DNA of 64,000 bases from positions 448,001 through 512,000 of the forward strand of contig CAVYBH010000012.1 of assembly GCA_963766715.1 (NCBI GenBank), written 5' to 3'. A program made the translations under genes and the position numbers. This DNA comes from an uncultured delta proteobacterium (GTDB lineage Bacteria; Myxococcota; Myxococcia; Myxococcales; Anaeromyxobacteraceae). The notes under the pieces are model-generated. The model was given only the letters and a program-made list of their open reading frames with translations. It was not told the DNA's origin and searched no databases. Below are positions 41,031-52,787 of this stretch, piece after piece (positions within the stretch are counted from its first letter, which is position 1; the number at the start of each line of letters is the position of its first letter).

Positions 41031-41043
41031 GGCGGCAGCCCTC

Positions 41044-41071
41044 TTGACCCCCACGGTCGGAGGGCTAGCAT
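41044..41071 (+). promoter_or_regulatory. Leaderless-type promoter
   Basis: TTGACC-16 nt-TAGCAT, 6 nt before ATG 41078. Confidence 0.6.
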
Positions 41072-41077
41072 CAGCGG

Positions 41078-41344
41078 ATGCCGCTCATCGAGGCGCCCGA
41101 GCAAGCCATCCGGCTGGCCCGCGCCATCTGCTCCGACGTGTCGCTCTACAACGAGGAGAAGATCGTCCGCTCCATCGAGCAGGACAACTTCTTCGACGCC
41201 CTGCGCGAGGAGCTGGAGGAGGGGCGCGACCTGTACCGGTCCCGCGTCGCTCCCGACCTGTACGGCCGGACGAACTACTACGACAAGGCCATCGTGGACG
41301 TCATCCTGCGCCCCAAGGGACACGTGAAGTCCCGGATCTGGTGA
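41078..41344 (+). CDS. Small helical protein of unknown function
   Basis: 88 aa, host-like codons, motif RLARAICSDVSLYN..ELEEGRDLY. Confidence 0.75.
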   Translation: MPLIEAPEQAIRLARAICSDVSLYNEEKIVRSIEQDNFFDALREELEEGRDLYRSRVAPDLYGRTNYYDKAIVDVILRPKGHVKSRIW

Positions 41345-41356
41345 GGCGAGGAACCG

Positions 41357-42305
41357 CTGGCCGAGCCACTCGAGCTCAGGGCAGGTGAATCGGAGGCCGG
41401 GCTGCGCCTCGACGTGGCCGTGTCGCGCCTGGCCCCGTCCCTGTCCCGTGCGCGCGTCCAGCGGCTCGTGGAGGAAGGGCTCGTCCGGGTCGACGGGCGA
41501 ATCGTCAAGGCGGCGGCTCGCCTGAGAGGCGCGGAGCGGATCGAGGTCGAGATCCCGCCGCCCGAGCCGTCGGGGCTCGTCCCGCAGGATCTGCCGCTCG
41601 ACGTCCTGTACGAGGACCGCGACCTGCTCGTGCTCGACAAGCGCGCCGGGATGGTCGTCCACCCCGCCCGCGGGACGCCTCACTCCACGGTCGTGAACGC
41701 GCTGCTCCACCGGCTGGGGGACGATGCCGCCGCCGGGGGACGGCTCGGGCTCGTCCACCGGCTCGACAAGGAGACGTCGGGCTGCCTCGTGGTCGCGCGG
41801 AACGACGCGGCGCTCGCCGGGCTCCAGGCCCAGTTCCAGGCCCGGACGGTCGAGAAGGTCTACCTGGCGCTCGTCCACGGTCGACTCCCCGACGAGGGGC
41901 GGCTCGAGACCCCGTACGGGCGCCATCCCCGGGACAGGAAGCGCTTCACCGGCCGCTCGGGCAGCCGGAAGGCGGTGACGGAGTGGCGCGTCGTCGAGCG
42001 CTTCGGCGACCGGGCCTCCCTCGCCGAGGTCAGGATCCACACCGGGCGAACGCACCAGATCCGCGTCCACCTCTCCGAGTCGGGCCATCCGATCGTCGGG
42101 GACGCCGCCTACGGCGGCACGCGGCGGGAAGCCAGGCTGGCCGCCACCGACCCGCTCCGGCTCGCGGCCGCGCGACGTCGGCCGCCAGGCGCTCCATGCG
42201 TGGCGCCTCGCGTTCCAGCACCCCCGCACCGGCCGCCTCCGCCGCTTCGAGGCGCCCGTGCCGGAGGACATCCAGGCGGCGATCGACCGGCTGCGGCGAG
42301 GCTGA
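41357..42305 (+). CDS. RluA-family pseudouridine synthase, RluD-like (start uncertain; indel near 42170)
   Basis: S4 domain RLD..SRARVQRL, GMVVHP, VHRLDKETSG, TGRTHQIRVH. Confidence 0.9.
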
Positions 42306-42308
42306 CGC

Positions 42309-42901
42309 TCACTCCTCGAGGAAGCGAGCCTCGAAGCGACGCATGGTGTCCCGGGCGCGAAGGCTGCCCGGGTCGATGGTCAGCCCGGCCTCCTCGACGG
42401 CCTGCACGGTCTCCCGGTTGGGGTGGCAGCCGCCCGAGATCGCGGTCCACGCCGGCTGGCTCCAGTCCTGCAGCCGCGCCTTCCAGGGGACGGGGGAGCG
42501 GACGTGCTCGAGGGCCCGCATCGCGCCGCCCGGAGGCCAGGACCCGCCGCACCTCTCCGAGCGCGAGCCGGGGCTCGGTCACCGAGCACAGCACGAGGCC
42601 GCTCAGGACCGTGTCGAAGGCGCCTTGCCGGAAGGGCAACTCCTCGGCGCGGGCCTGGACCAGGAGCGCGCCAGGCGAGCGCCGGCGCGCCTTCAGCGAG
42701 GCTCTGCCGGCAGGGGTCGACGCCCACGGAGGTGGCGCCGGAGGGCAGGAGCGGCAGGTTGCGGCCGGTCCCGCAGCCGAGGTCGAGCGTCAGTCCGCGC
42801 GCACCCTCGACGAGCCACCGGCGCCAGGGGCCGAGCCCGGCGCGTTCCAGGAGCGCCATGGAGGCGTCGTACAGCCAGGGGATCTGCTCGGCGCCGCGCA
42901 C
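42309..42901 (-). CDS. Class I SAM-dependent methyltransferase (indels)
   Basis: LDLGCGTGRN, LPFRQGAFDTV..LCSV, LEHVRS, GGCHPNRET. Confidence 0.85.
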
Positions 42902-42910
42902 GAGGGACCT

Positions 42911-44776
42911 CTAGTCCAGGTATCCCTGCGCCTGCAGGGAAAAGAGGTGGGCGTAGCGGCCGCCGCGCTCGACGAGGTCCCTGTGGCTCCCCAGCTCCTC
43001 CAGGCGCCCCCCGTGCAGGACGGCGATCCGGTCGGCCATGCGAACCGTGGAGAAGCGGTGGGAGATGACGATGGCGGTCCGGCCGGCGGCCAGCTCCCGG
43101 AAGTGCAGGAAGAGCTCGTGCTCGGCCTCCGCGTCGATGCTGGCGGTGGGCTCGTCGAGGACGAGGACCTCCGCGTCGCGCATGAAGGCCCGGGCCACGG
43201 CCAGCTTCTGCCACTGCCCGGCCGAGATCTCGTGACCGGCCTCGAACCATCCGCCCAGCACGGTGTCGAGCCCCCGGGGCAGGCTGGCCACGAGCGGTCC
43301 GGCTCCCGCGCGCCGGGCGGCCTCCTCGATCCGGGGTCGGTCGTCGACGTGCTCGGGATTGCCGAGCCCGATGTTCTCGGCCGCGGTGAACTGGTAGCGG
43401 ACGAAGTCCTGGAAGACCGCGCCGATCCGGCTGCGAAGGTCGCGGGGGTCGAGGTCCCGCAGGTCCACCCCCCCGTAGGTGATGCGCCCCTCGGTGGGGT
43501 CGTAGAGGCGAAGCAGCAGCTTCACGATGGTGCTCTTGCCGGCGCCGTTCTCGCCCACCAGCCCCAGGGTGTCGCCCGGCGCGAGCCGGAGGTTCACCCC
43601 TCGCAGGGCCCACTCGCTCCGCGACGGGTAGCGGAAGGAGACGTCCTCGAAGGCGATCTCGAGGGGGCGGCCGCGAGGCGCCGAGGCCGGCGGGTCGACC
43701 CGCGCCCGCTCCCCGCCGGTGGGGATGAGCAGGAACGCGAAGAGGTTCGACATGTAGAGCGAGTCCTCGTACATGGCGCCCACGGCGGTGAGGATTCCCT
43801 GGAAGGCCGACTGGCCCTGCCGGAAGGCCACCAGGTAGAGGGTCATGTCGCCGAGCGAGATCTCCCCCCGCGCCGCCCGTCCGGCCACCAGCAGGTACAT
43901 GCCGTAGAAGGCCGCCAGCGCCAGGAGCCCGAAGGTGGCGCCGAAGGCCAGCCGGCGGACGGCCAGCCGCCGATCCTCGCCGTAGAACTTCCGGAAGAGC
44001 TCCCGGTACCGCCCCAGGACCAGCGGACCGAGGTCGAAGAGCTTGACCTCCTTCACGTGGGAGTCGCGGGTGAGGATCCACTCCAGGTAGTTGAGGCGCC
44101 GTCCCTCGGGCGCGCGCCAGGTGTTCACGCGGAAGGATTCCGAGGAGAGCCGGGCCTCGGCGACGAAGGCCGGGATCGAGGCGGCGACGATGACCAGCAC
44201 GCTCCAGGGGGAGAGGCGCCAGAGGAGCGCCGAGAGCGCCGCCAGGGTGACCGCGTTCTGCGCGATGCCGAAGGCCTGCATCACGAGGGAGAGGGGGCGG
44301 GCCGAGGCCTCCCGCCGGGCGTTCTGCATCTTGTCGTAGACGTCCGCGTCCTCGAAATGGCGGAGCTCGAGGGAGAGGGCCTTCTCCAGGATCTGCTCGT
44401 TCACCCGGTTGCCGAGGTGGGTGCGGAGGAGCTCGCGAAGGAAGCCGAGGAGCCGCCCCGAGACGAGGGTGGCCGCGACGAGGAGGAGCTCGAGGAGGAC
44501 GAGCGTTCCCACCCGGGCCCGGGCCGCCTCGGAGCCGGTCCGGGCCGCCTCGACCACGGCGTCGATGATGAGCTTGCCCACCCAGGCGAGGGGGGCGGGC
44601 AGCAGGGCCGCCACCGCCGTGAGCCCGGCGATGGCCATCGCGCCCCGCCGGTCGGCCTCCCAGACCAGCCGGAAGGTGCCCGGGACCTGGGCAAAGACCT
44701 CGGCCACGCCCCTCAGGCGGGCGCGGAGACCGGTCGCGGCAGGACCGGTGGGTTTCGGGGGGTGAGCGGGGGGCAC
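42911..44776 (-). CDS. ABC exporter, fused permease and ATP-binding domain
   Basis: TM region; GENGAGKST, ISAGQWQK, LVLDEPT, ISHRFS. Confidence 0.93.
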   Translation of the reverse strand: MPPAHPPKPTGPAATGLRARLRGVAEVFAQVPGTFRLVWEADRRGAMAIAGLTAVAALLPAPLAWVGKLIIDAVVEAARTGSEAARARVGTLVLLELLLVAATLVSGRLLGFLRELLRTHLGNRVNEQILEKALSLELRHFEDADVYDKMQNARREASARPLSLVMQAFGIAQNAVTLAALSALLWRLSPWSVLVIVAASIPAFVAEARLSSESFRVNTWRAPEGRRLNYLEWILTRDSHVKEVKLFDLGPLVLGRYRELFRKFYGEDRRLAVRRLAFGATFGLLALAAFYGMYLLVAGRAARGEISLGDMTLYLVAFRQGQSAFQGILTAVGAMYEDSLYMSNLFAFLLIPTGGERARVDPPASAPRGRPLEIAFEDVSFRYPSRSEWALRGVNLRLAPGDTLGLVGENGAGKSTIVKLLLRLYDPTEGRITYGGVDLRDLDPRDLRSRIGAVFQDFVRYQFTAAENIGLGNPEHVDDRPRIEEAARRAGAGPLVASLPRGLDTVLGGWFEAGHEISAGQWQKLAVARAFMRDAEVLVLDEPTASIDAEAEHELFLHFRELAAGRTAIVISHRFSTVRMADRIAVLHGGRLEELGSHRDLVERGGRYAHLFSLQAQGYLD

Positions 44777-44834
44777 GGGAGCCGGCTAGATAACGCCTTC
44801 ATTTTTCCGACGCCACGGCGTACATGTGATCTCG

Positions 44835-46927
<2,093 letters not shown>

Positions 46928-46940
46928 GTCGACGGGGCCG

Positions 46941-48284
46941 CTAGGCCGCTGGCGCGCCCTTGCCGCTCTCGCCCGTGCGGTCGAGCGCGAGCTTGAAGAG
47001 CACCGGGCCCACGAGCTCGTTGAGCCCGACCGCCGCGATCGCCAGCGCACCGAACTCGGCCCCGAAGGTGGGGAACTGGTTCTGCATCTTGGCGGCGATG
47101 CCGAGCGCCAGCCCGGCCTGCGAGACCAGCCCGGACCAGGCCCAGCGGCGCAGCTCCGGCGGGTCGCCCGCCAGCTTGCCGGACAGGTGGGCTCCGGCGA
47201 CGGCCGTGACTCCGCGGACGACGAAGAAGAGGACCGCGGCCGGCCAGAGGCGCCCGAGCAACGGCAGGTCCAGGTGCGCGCCGGCCGTCGCGAAGAAGAT
47301 CACGTAGACCACCTCGCCGGTGTGCTCGATGGCGTGCAGCAGCTTGTCGCCCTGTCGCGAGAAGTTCTGGACCACGAAGCCCGCGGTGAGGAAGGTCAGG
47401 AGCCACTCGAAGTGCAGGTAGGTGATGACCTCCGACGCCACGAGGCCCAGGACCAGCAGGACGATGAGCACCTGCCGCCCGACGAAGCGAAGGTAGGCGA
47501 CGAGCGCCAGCCCGAGCGTGGTCCCGATGGCGACGCTCCCCAGGAGCTCGTGCCCCAGCTCGCCGAAGGCCGCCAGCGAGAGGGTGGCCCCGGGCTCGAG
47601 GAGGGGACGGACGGCGGTGACCACGAGCGCCAGCATGACCACCACCACCACGTCGGAGGTCATGACGAACCCCACCGTGAAGTCGGTGACCCGGCCCGCG
47701 GGGCGCGCCTGGCTGAGGATGCCCATCACCGCGGAAGGGCTCCGGGTGATGGCGACCACGCCCCAGAGCATCGCCACCGCGAAGACCGCCGGGAGCTCCA
47801 TCCCGCGCGTGAACGGGACGAGGTCGCGCGCCAGCAGGAAGGTGGCGGGGAGGACGACGAGCGCCAGGCCGTTCTGGACGAGGGTGGCCGTCGCCAGGCT
47901 GCGAAAGCCTCGCCGGACGGCCTCGAGCCTCAGTTCCGCGCCGCCGGCCAGCGCGATGAGCGAGAGCGCGAGCGAGTTGACGATGGAGAGGTCGGCCACC
48001 GTCTCGTGGTTCACGGCGTGCAGCACGTAGGGACCCGCCACCACGCCGGCCAGGAGGAAGCCGGTGAGGTGAGGGAGGTGGACGATCTCGAGCAGGCTCG
48101 ACGCGAGCGTTCCGGCCAGCAGGAAGAACCCGATGGCGGCCAGGTCGCGCCCGCTTCGCTGCCAGTCGCCGTGGAGGGAGCCGGTGAGCTTCTCCACGCC
48201 CAGCATGAGGGCGAAGAGGCCGACCAGGGAGGCGAGCTCCGCGGCCCGGACGGCCAGCCCCTTCGGGGCGGCGCCTGCGCTCAT
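46941..48284 (-). CDS. Cation:proton antiporter family protein
   Basis: Many TM helices; LPHLTGFLLAG, IALAGGAEL, FFATAGAHL, LVSQAGLALG, NELVGP. Confidence 0.8.
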   Translation of the reverse strand: MSAGAAPKGLAVRAAELASLVGLFALMLGVEKLTGSLHGDWQRSGRDLAAIGFFLLAGTLASSLLEIVHLPHLTGFLLAGVVAGPYVLHAVNHETVADLSIVNSLALSLIALAGGAELRLEAVRRGFRSLATATLVQNGLALVVLPATFLLARDLVPFTRGMELPAVFAVAMLWGVVAITRSPSAVMGILSQARPAGRVTDFTVGFVMTSDVVVVVMLALVVTAVRPLLEPGATLSLAAFGELGHELLGSVAIGTTLGLALVAYLRFVGRQVLIVLLVLGLVASEVITYLHFEWLLTFLTAGFVVQNFSRQGDKLLHAIEHTGEVVYVIFFATAGAHLDLPLLGRLWPAAVLFFVVRGVTAVAGAHLSGKLAGDPPELRRWAWSGLVSQAGLALGIAAKMQNQFPTFGAEFGALAIAAVGLNELVGPVLFKLALDRTGESGKGAPAA

Positions 48285-49513
48285 GGCGTGGCCTCCCCGG
48301 TCCGCGCCACGGCGGCGCTGGCCGCGGGGGCCTCCTGCAGCTCGCCGGCGCGACGGAGCGCCCGGCGGAGGGCCGGGGGACCGATGAACTCCCCGGCGAT
48401 GGCGGCCGCGACGGTCGTGGCCAGGATCAGGTTGCCGGCCGGGCCGGGGTAGCGCAGGTCGATGGCGAGCGCGATCGCGATCCCGAAGGGCCCGACCGGG
48501 AAGAAGACGAGGGAGAGCGCACCGCCGCCGCGCCGGGCGGCGGGGGAGGTGGCCGCGACGAGGCCCGCCGAGAGCAGGGCCGAGACGAGCCGGGCCGCGA
48601 CCGCGGCGCCGACGATCCAGAGGGAGGCGTCCGAGACGACGGGGGCGCGCACGCCGGCGAGGAAGAGCGCCGGGAGGATGACCGCCCCCTGCACGCCCAC
48701 CGCGAGCGCCCTTGCCTCCCGGCGAAGGGGGGAGACCACCGCCAGGGCCAGGCCGAGCGCGAAGCCGGCGCCGATCGAGGAGAGGTCGAGCTGCTCGGAG
48801 ACGCCGGTCGCGAGGAGGGAGAAGCCGAAGAGAAGCCCCCAGAAGGTCGCGACGCGCATCTTCCGGCCGAGCAGCAGCGCGCAGATGAGGCCGAGTCCCG
48901 CCCCGAGCGCGATCCCGCCCAGGGGCAGGGCGGGCACGCCCCGGGAGGTGTCGAGGGAGACGAACAGGCCGATGATGGCGATCGGGACGACGTCGTCGGA
49001 CAGCGCCACGTCGGCCACCCGGTCGAGGAGAGGTCCACGAGCCCCCAGCCGCTCGATCGCCCAGCGGACCACGTGACGGGACGTGTCGGCCAGCGCGACG
49101 CCGATCCCGAGCACGAGCAACGAGCGGTCCTCGGCCGACGGGAACTGCTCGGACACCACGGGCACGAAGCGCAGCACCGCCCAGACGGCTCCCGCCACCG
49201 CGGCGAATCCGAGGAGGCCGGACAGGAGACCGAGCGCGAGCCCGCCGACACCGATCCGTCGGGCGCCGTCCATCCCGAAGGCGAGGCCCACCAGGAGCGC
49301 GATCCAGCCCGTGGCGAGGAGCACGAGCGGGGCGAAGGTGGCCACCTCGGTTCCGCTCACCATTCCCAGGACCTGGGGGCCAGCGACGATTCCCAGGAGG
49401 AGCCACTCCGAGCCGGAAGGCAATCCGAACCCCCGGATGCCCCGCCCGCCCATGAGGAAGCCGCCCAGGTAGGCGACGAGGAGGAGGATGAACAGCGACT
49501 GCAGCGTGCTCAC
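48281..49513 (-). CDS. Divergent cation:proton antiporter-like membrane protein (GTG start)
   Basis: Many TM helices; EWLLLGIVAGPQVLG, ALSDD, GEFIGP; 4-nt overlaps with both neighbours. Confidence 0.7.
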   Translation of the reverse strand: MSTLQSLFILLLVAYLGGFLMGGRGIRGFGLPSGSEWLLLGIVAGPQVLGMVSGTEVATFAPLVLLATGWIALLVGLAFGMDGARRIGVGGLALGLLSGLLGFAAVAGAVWAVLRFVPVVSEQFPSAEDRSLLVLGIGVALADTSRHVVRWAIERLGARGPLLDRVADVALSDDVVPIAIIGLFVSLDTSRGVPALPLGGIALGAGLGLICALLLGRKMRVATFWGLLFGFSLLATGVSEQLDLSSIGAGFALGLALAVVSPLRREARALAVGVQGAVILPALFLAGVRAPVVSDASLWIVGAAVAARLVSALLSAGLVAATSPAARRGGGALSLVFFPVGPFGIAIALAIDLRYPGPAGNLILATTVAAAIAGEFIGPPALRRALRRAGELQEAPAASAAVARTGEATP

Positions 49514-51000
49514 GGAGCCCCCGGCGCTCCGGCCTGGCGCCGGCCCAGCTTCACTCCCTCGGCGCGGAGCGCGGAAGCGACCCGGACGGCGAGATCGGCG
49601 CCCGGCCCGGAGACGCGGTACGTGGCGGCGAGGGCGTCGAGGCGAACCAGGTCGGCGGCCGTGCCCGGCCCGCCGGTGCGAAGCAGGATCTCCCGGACGA
49701 GCCCCTGATCCTCGGCCGGATCGATGGCGAGCTCGAAGCGGGCGGCGGCCGCCAGGCCCGGGAGGCGGGTGGGCGCGAAGAGCGCGGCGAGGTGGGGAAC
49801 GAGCACCCGGCGTCCCGTGGCGTCCTCCAGCTCGAGGTCGAGCAACCCGACGCCGCGGACGGTGCCCGCTGGTCTTCCCCACCTCGGCCACGTGGCCGGT
49901 CCGGTAGGTGCGGGAGAAGAGGCGGGGGAGGCCGGCGGCCACGTTCGCCAGGGCGGGGACCGCGGCGAGGCCGACGGCGAGGAGCGCGGCGGTGCCCACG
50001 TTGGCGAGCACGCCCTCCTGGGTGCCGGTGAGCACGGGGGCGGCGAAGACCGCCGCCACGACCACCACCGCGATCCGCACCAGCTGGCCGACCGGGACCG
50101 CGAGCTCGGGGGGCATCCAGCGGAGGTGGGTCTCGCCCACGGCGACGCTGTGGAAGAAGAGGCGGATGGCGCGCAGCGCGAGCCAGAGCAGCGCGCCGAC
50201 GGTGATCGCGCCGATCAGGAACGGGAGCGCGCCTCCCACGCGGGCGAGCGTCCCGGCGGCAGGGCCGAGCACGACGCGCCCCAGGAGGACGCCGGTCCCT
50301 CTCGTGGCGGGGAAGAGCGACAGGGCGAAGATCAGCCATCCCCAGGCGATGGCGATCTGGAGCAGCACGCGCCCGAGCCGCAGGGCGATGCGCAGCGCCC
50401 CGGCCATCCCTTCCGGGCTGACCAGCTCCACGTTGCGGAAGCGCAGGGACGGCACGCCTCGCCGCCGCTCCTGGACGGTCGCCTCCAGGCGGCGATCCAG
50501 GTCGCCGAGCTTTCGCACCAGGAGCCAGGCCACGAGGCCGGTGAGGACGAGGAGCGAGACGTGGAAGACCACCTCGGCGATGCGGGCCCGGCGGCGCTCG
50601 GCGCGCAGGGCCCGATCGACCTGGGCCGCGTTCTCCTGGGCCAGCTCGGCGACGCCGGGAGCGTGGGCGGCCGCCACGTCCTCCGGCCCGACCTCGAGAA
50701 CCGTGATCCGGCCGACCTTGACCGCGGCGGTGTCCGCCCGGACCTCGACGCTGGCGTCGGCCTTGGGATCCTCCTCGATGGCGGCGGCCAGGGCCTGGGT
50801 CGCGGCGCGCGCCCGGTCGGCCGCGCAGACTGGCCCTCGCGCTGCGCCCGGATCGTGAGGACGCGCGAGTCGCGCAGCCGGACGTCGGACAGGGGCTGGA
50901 GAGGCGCCGGCGCGGCGAGGGAGGGGAGCAGGCAGGCGAGGAGGAGAAGCAGCCGGGAGGCTCTGGCCAGGCGCTTCACCCGCGGGGAGGGACCGATCAC
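49510..51000 (-). CDS. MscS-family mechanosensitive channel with exported N-terminal region (indels)
   Basis: TM helices then LAVGLAAVPALANVAAGL..YRTGHVAEVG..G.V..VG..LEDATGRRVLVPH. Confidence 0.72.
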
Positions 51001-51101
51001 CGCGCTAGACTCCGGGAGGGCGGCCTCATCGTCAAGGGGAGGGGCGATCCCTCCGGGGGCGGGCCGTTCACGGCGAGGAAGCGGGCGGCCAGAGAAGCGG
51101 A

Positions 51102-51130
51102 TTGGTCTTCGGTGACCCCCGGGTTAGATT
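51102..51130 (+). promoter_or_regulatory. Putative sigma70 promoter of the 51.1-55 kb operon
   Basis: TTGGTC-17 nt-TAGATT; GGAG RBS before ATG 51148. Confidence 0.45.
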
Positions 51131-51147
51131 CGGCGACCGGAGACCCC

Positions 51148-51970
51148 ATGAACCTGCTCCCCATCCTCGCAGCCCTGGCCCTCGGAGCCGACCCCGTGGC
51201 CTTCGTCGCGGTCGCGCCCGGCTACCCCGGCACGACGGCCGAGGCGCAGGCCTCGATGGACGCCTTTGCCGCGGCGCTCGCGGCGCAGGCCGGCTGGCCG
51301 GCCGGCTCGATCGTCGCGGCGTACTACGAGAAGGAGGGCCCGGGCCTGGAGCGGCTGGCGAGGCCGGACGCCGGGTTCGCCATGGTCGCGCTGCCGCTCT
51401 TCCTGCAGCAGGCCGAGGCGCTGAAGCTCGAGCCGCGGCTCGCGGCCGCCCAGAAGGGCGCCGGGCCCACCGAGGTCTGGGCGCTGGTCGCCAAGAAGGG
51501 GAGGCTCACTTCGCCGGCCGCCCTCGCCGGCTGGCAGGTGAACTCGATCGCCGGCTACGCGCCGGCCTTCGTGAAGGGGCCTGCGCTGGGCGGCTGGGGA
51601 CCCGTCCCGGCCTCGGTGAAGATCGTCCAGAACAGCCAGGTGCTCTCGTCGCTCCGCAAGGCGGCGGCGGGGGAGGACATCGCGGTGCTGCTCGACGGGA
51701 CGCAGGCCGCAGCGCTGCCCACGCTGCCCTTCGCAGGGGAGCTCGAGGTGGTGGCCCGCTCGGCGCCGCTTCCCAGCGGCGTGCTCGTCACCGTCGGGAA
51801 ACGCCTGACGCCGGACCGCTGGAAGGTGCTGGAGGCAGCGCTCCGGAAGCTCGGGGACACGCCCGAAGGGAAGGGCGGCGCTCGAGGCCATCCGGCTCCA
51901 GGGGTTCTTCCCGCTCGACCCGTCGACCCTGGCCGCCGCTCGCAAGGCATACGGGGCCGCCGCCAAGTGA
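51148..51970 (+). CDS. Exported protein, PhnD-like periplasmic binding fold (indel near 51875)
   Basis: Signal peptide; pattern LEVVARSAPLPSG..LRKLGDTPEGK..IRLQGF resembles PhnD-type binding proteins. Confidence 0.55.
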
Positions 51971-52773
51971 CGCCCGCCGCCCGCCTGGCGGGCCTCGGCG
52001 CCCTGCTCTCCATGGGTTGCGCCGCCGCCCTGAAGGAGCCGCCGCCCGTGTCCGCCCTGCAGCGGGAGGCGGTGGGCTCCACCCCCGCGGACGCGCTCCT
52101 GCAGGAGGCGGCGGAGGAGTACGCGAAGCGCCCCAGCGCCGCGGCCGTCCGCCGCGCGGAGGGTCTCTGCCTGCAGGCGGCGCAGACCGACGAGGCGGGC
52201 ACGGGCGGGCTGATCTGCGCCATCCAGGCGAAGGCGTGGCTCGCCGAGCGGGAGAAGGACGTGAAGGTCCGGACGGACCTCGCCGTCAGCGCGGTCCAGG
52301 TGGGGCAGTGGTGCGTCCGTCGCGACGCGAAATCGGCGTCCCTGCAAGTTCTGGCTCGGCCGTCGCCCTGGGCATGCAGGCCCGCGACCGCCCGACGACG
52401 GTCGAGGACGGCCTGAAGCGGATGGCCCAGCTCCTGCGGGAGGCGGCGAAGGACTCGCCGCTCCTCGAGGAGGCCGGTCCGGAGCGGGTGCTCGCGCTCC
52501 TCCTCGCCCGGGCGCCGGGCTGGCCGGTGGGGCCAGGCGACGTCGAGGAGGCCCTGGTCCTGGCTCGCTCGGCGGTCGAGCTTCGCCCCGACTACCCGCC
52601 GAACCAGGTGGCGCTGGCCGAGGTCCTCCTGAAGAACGACAGGAAGCCCGGCGCGCAGGAGGCGATCGCGAAGGCCATCGCCCTCGCCCGCACAGGCGCC
52701 CTACGCATCCGACCCGGACGCGCCCTCCTGGATCGCGGAGGCGGAGGCGCTCCTTCGGCGCTCCGACGCCTGA
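51967..52773 (+). CDS. Helical TPR-like lipoprotein, TatT-like (indels)
   Basis: GTGA overlap; lipobox LSMGC; AGPERVLALLLARAPGWPVGPGD..AVELRPDYPPNQVALAE. Confidence 0.6.
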
Positions 52774-52787
52774 TCGACCGGAGCCCC

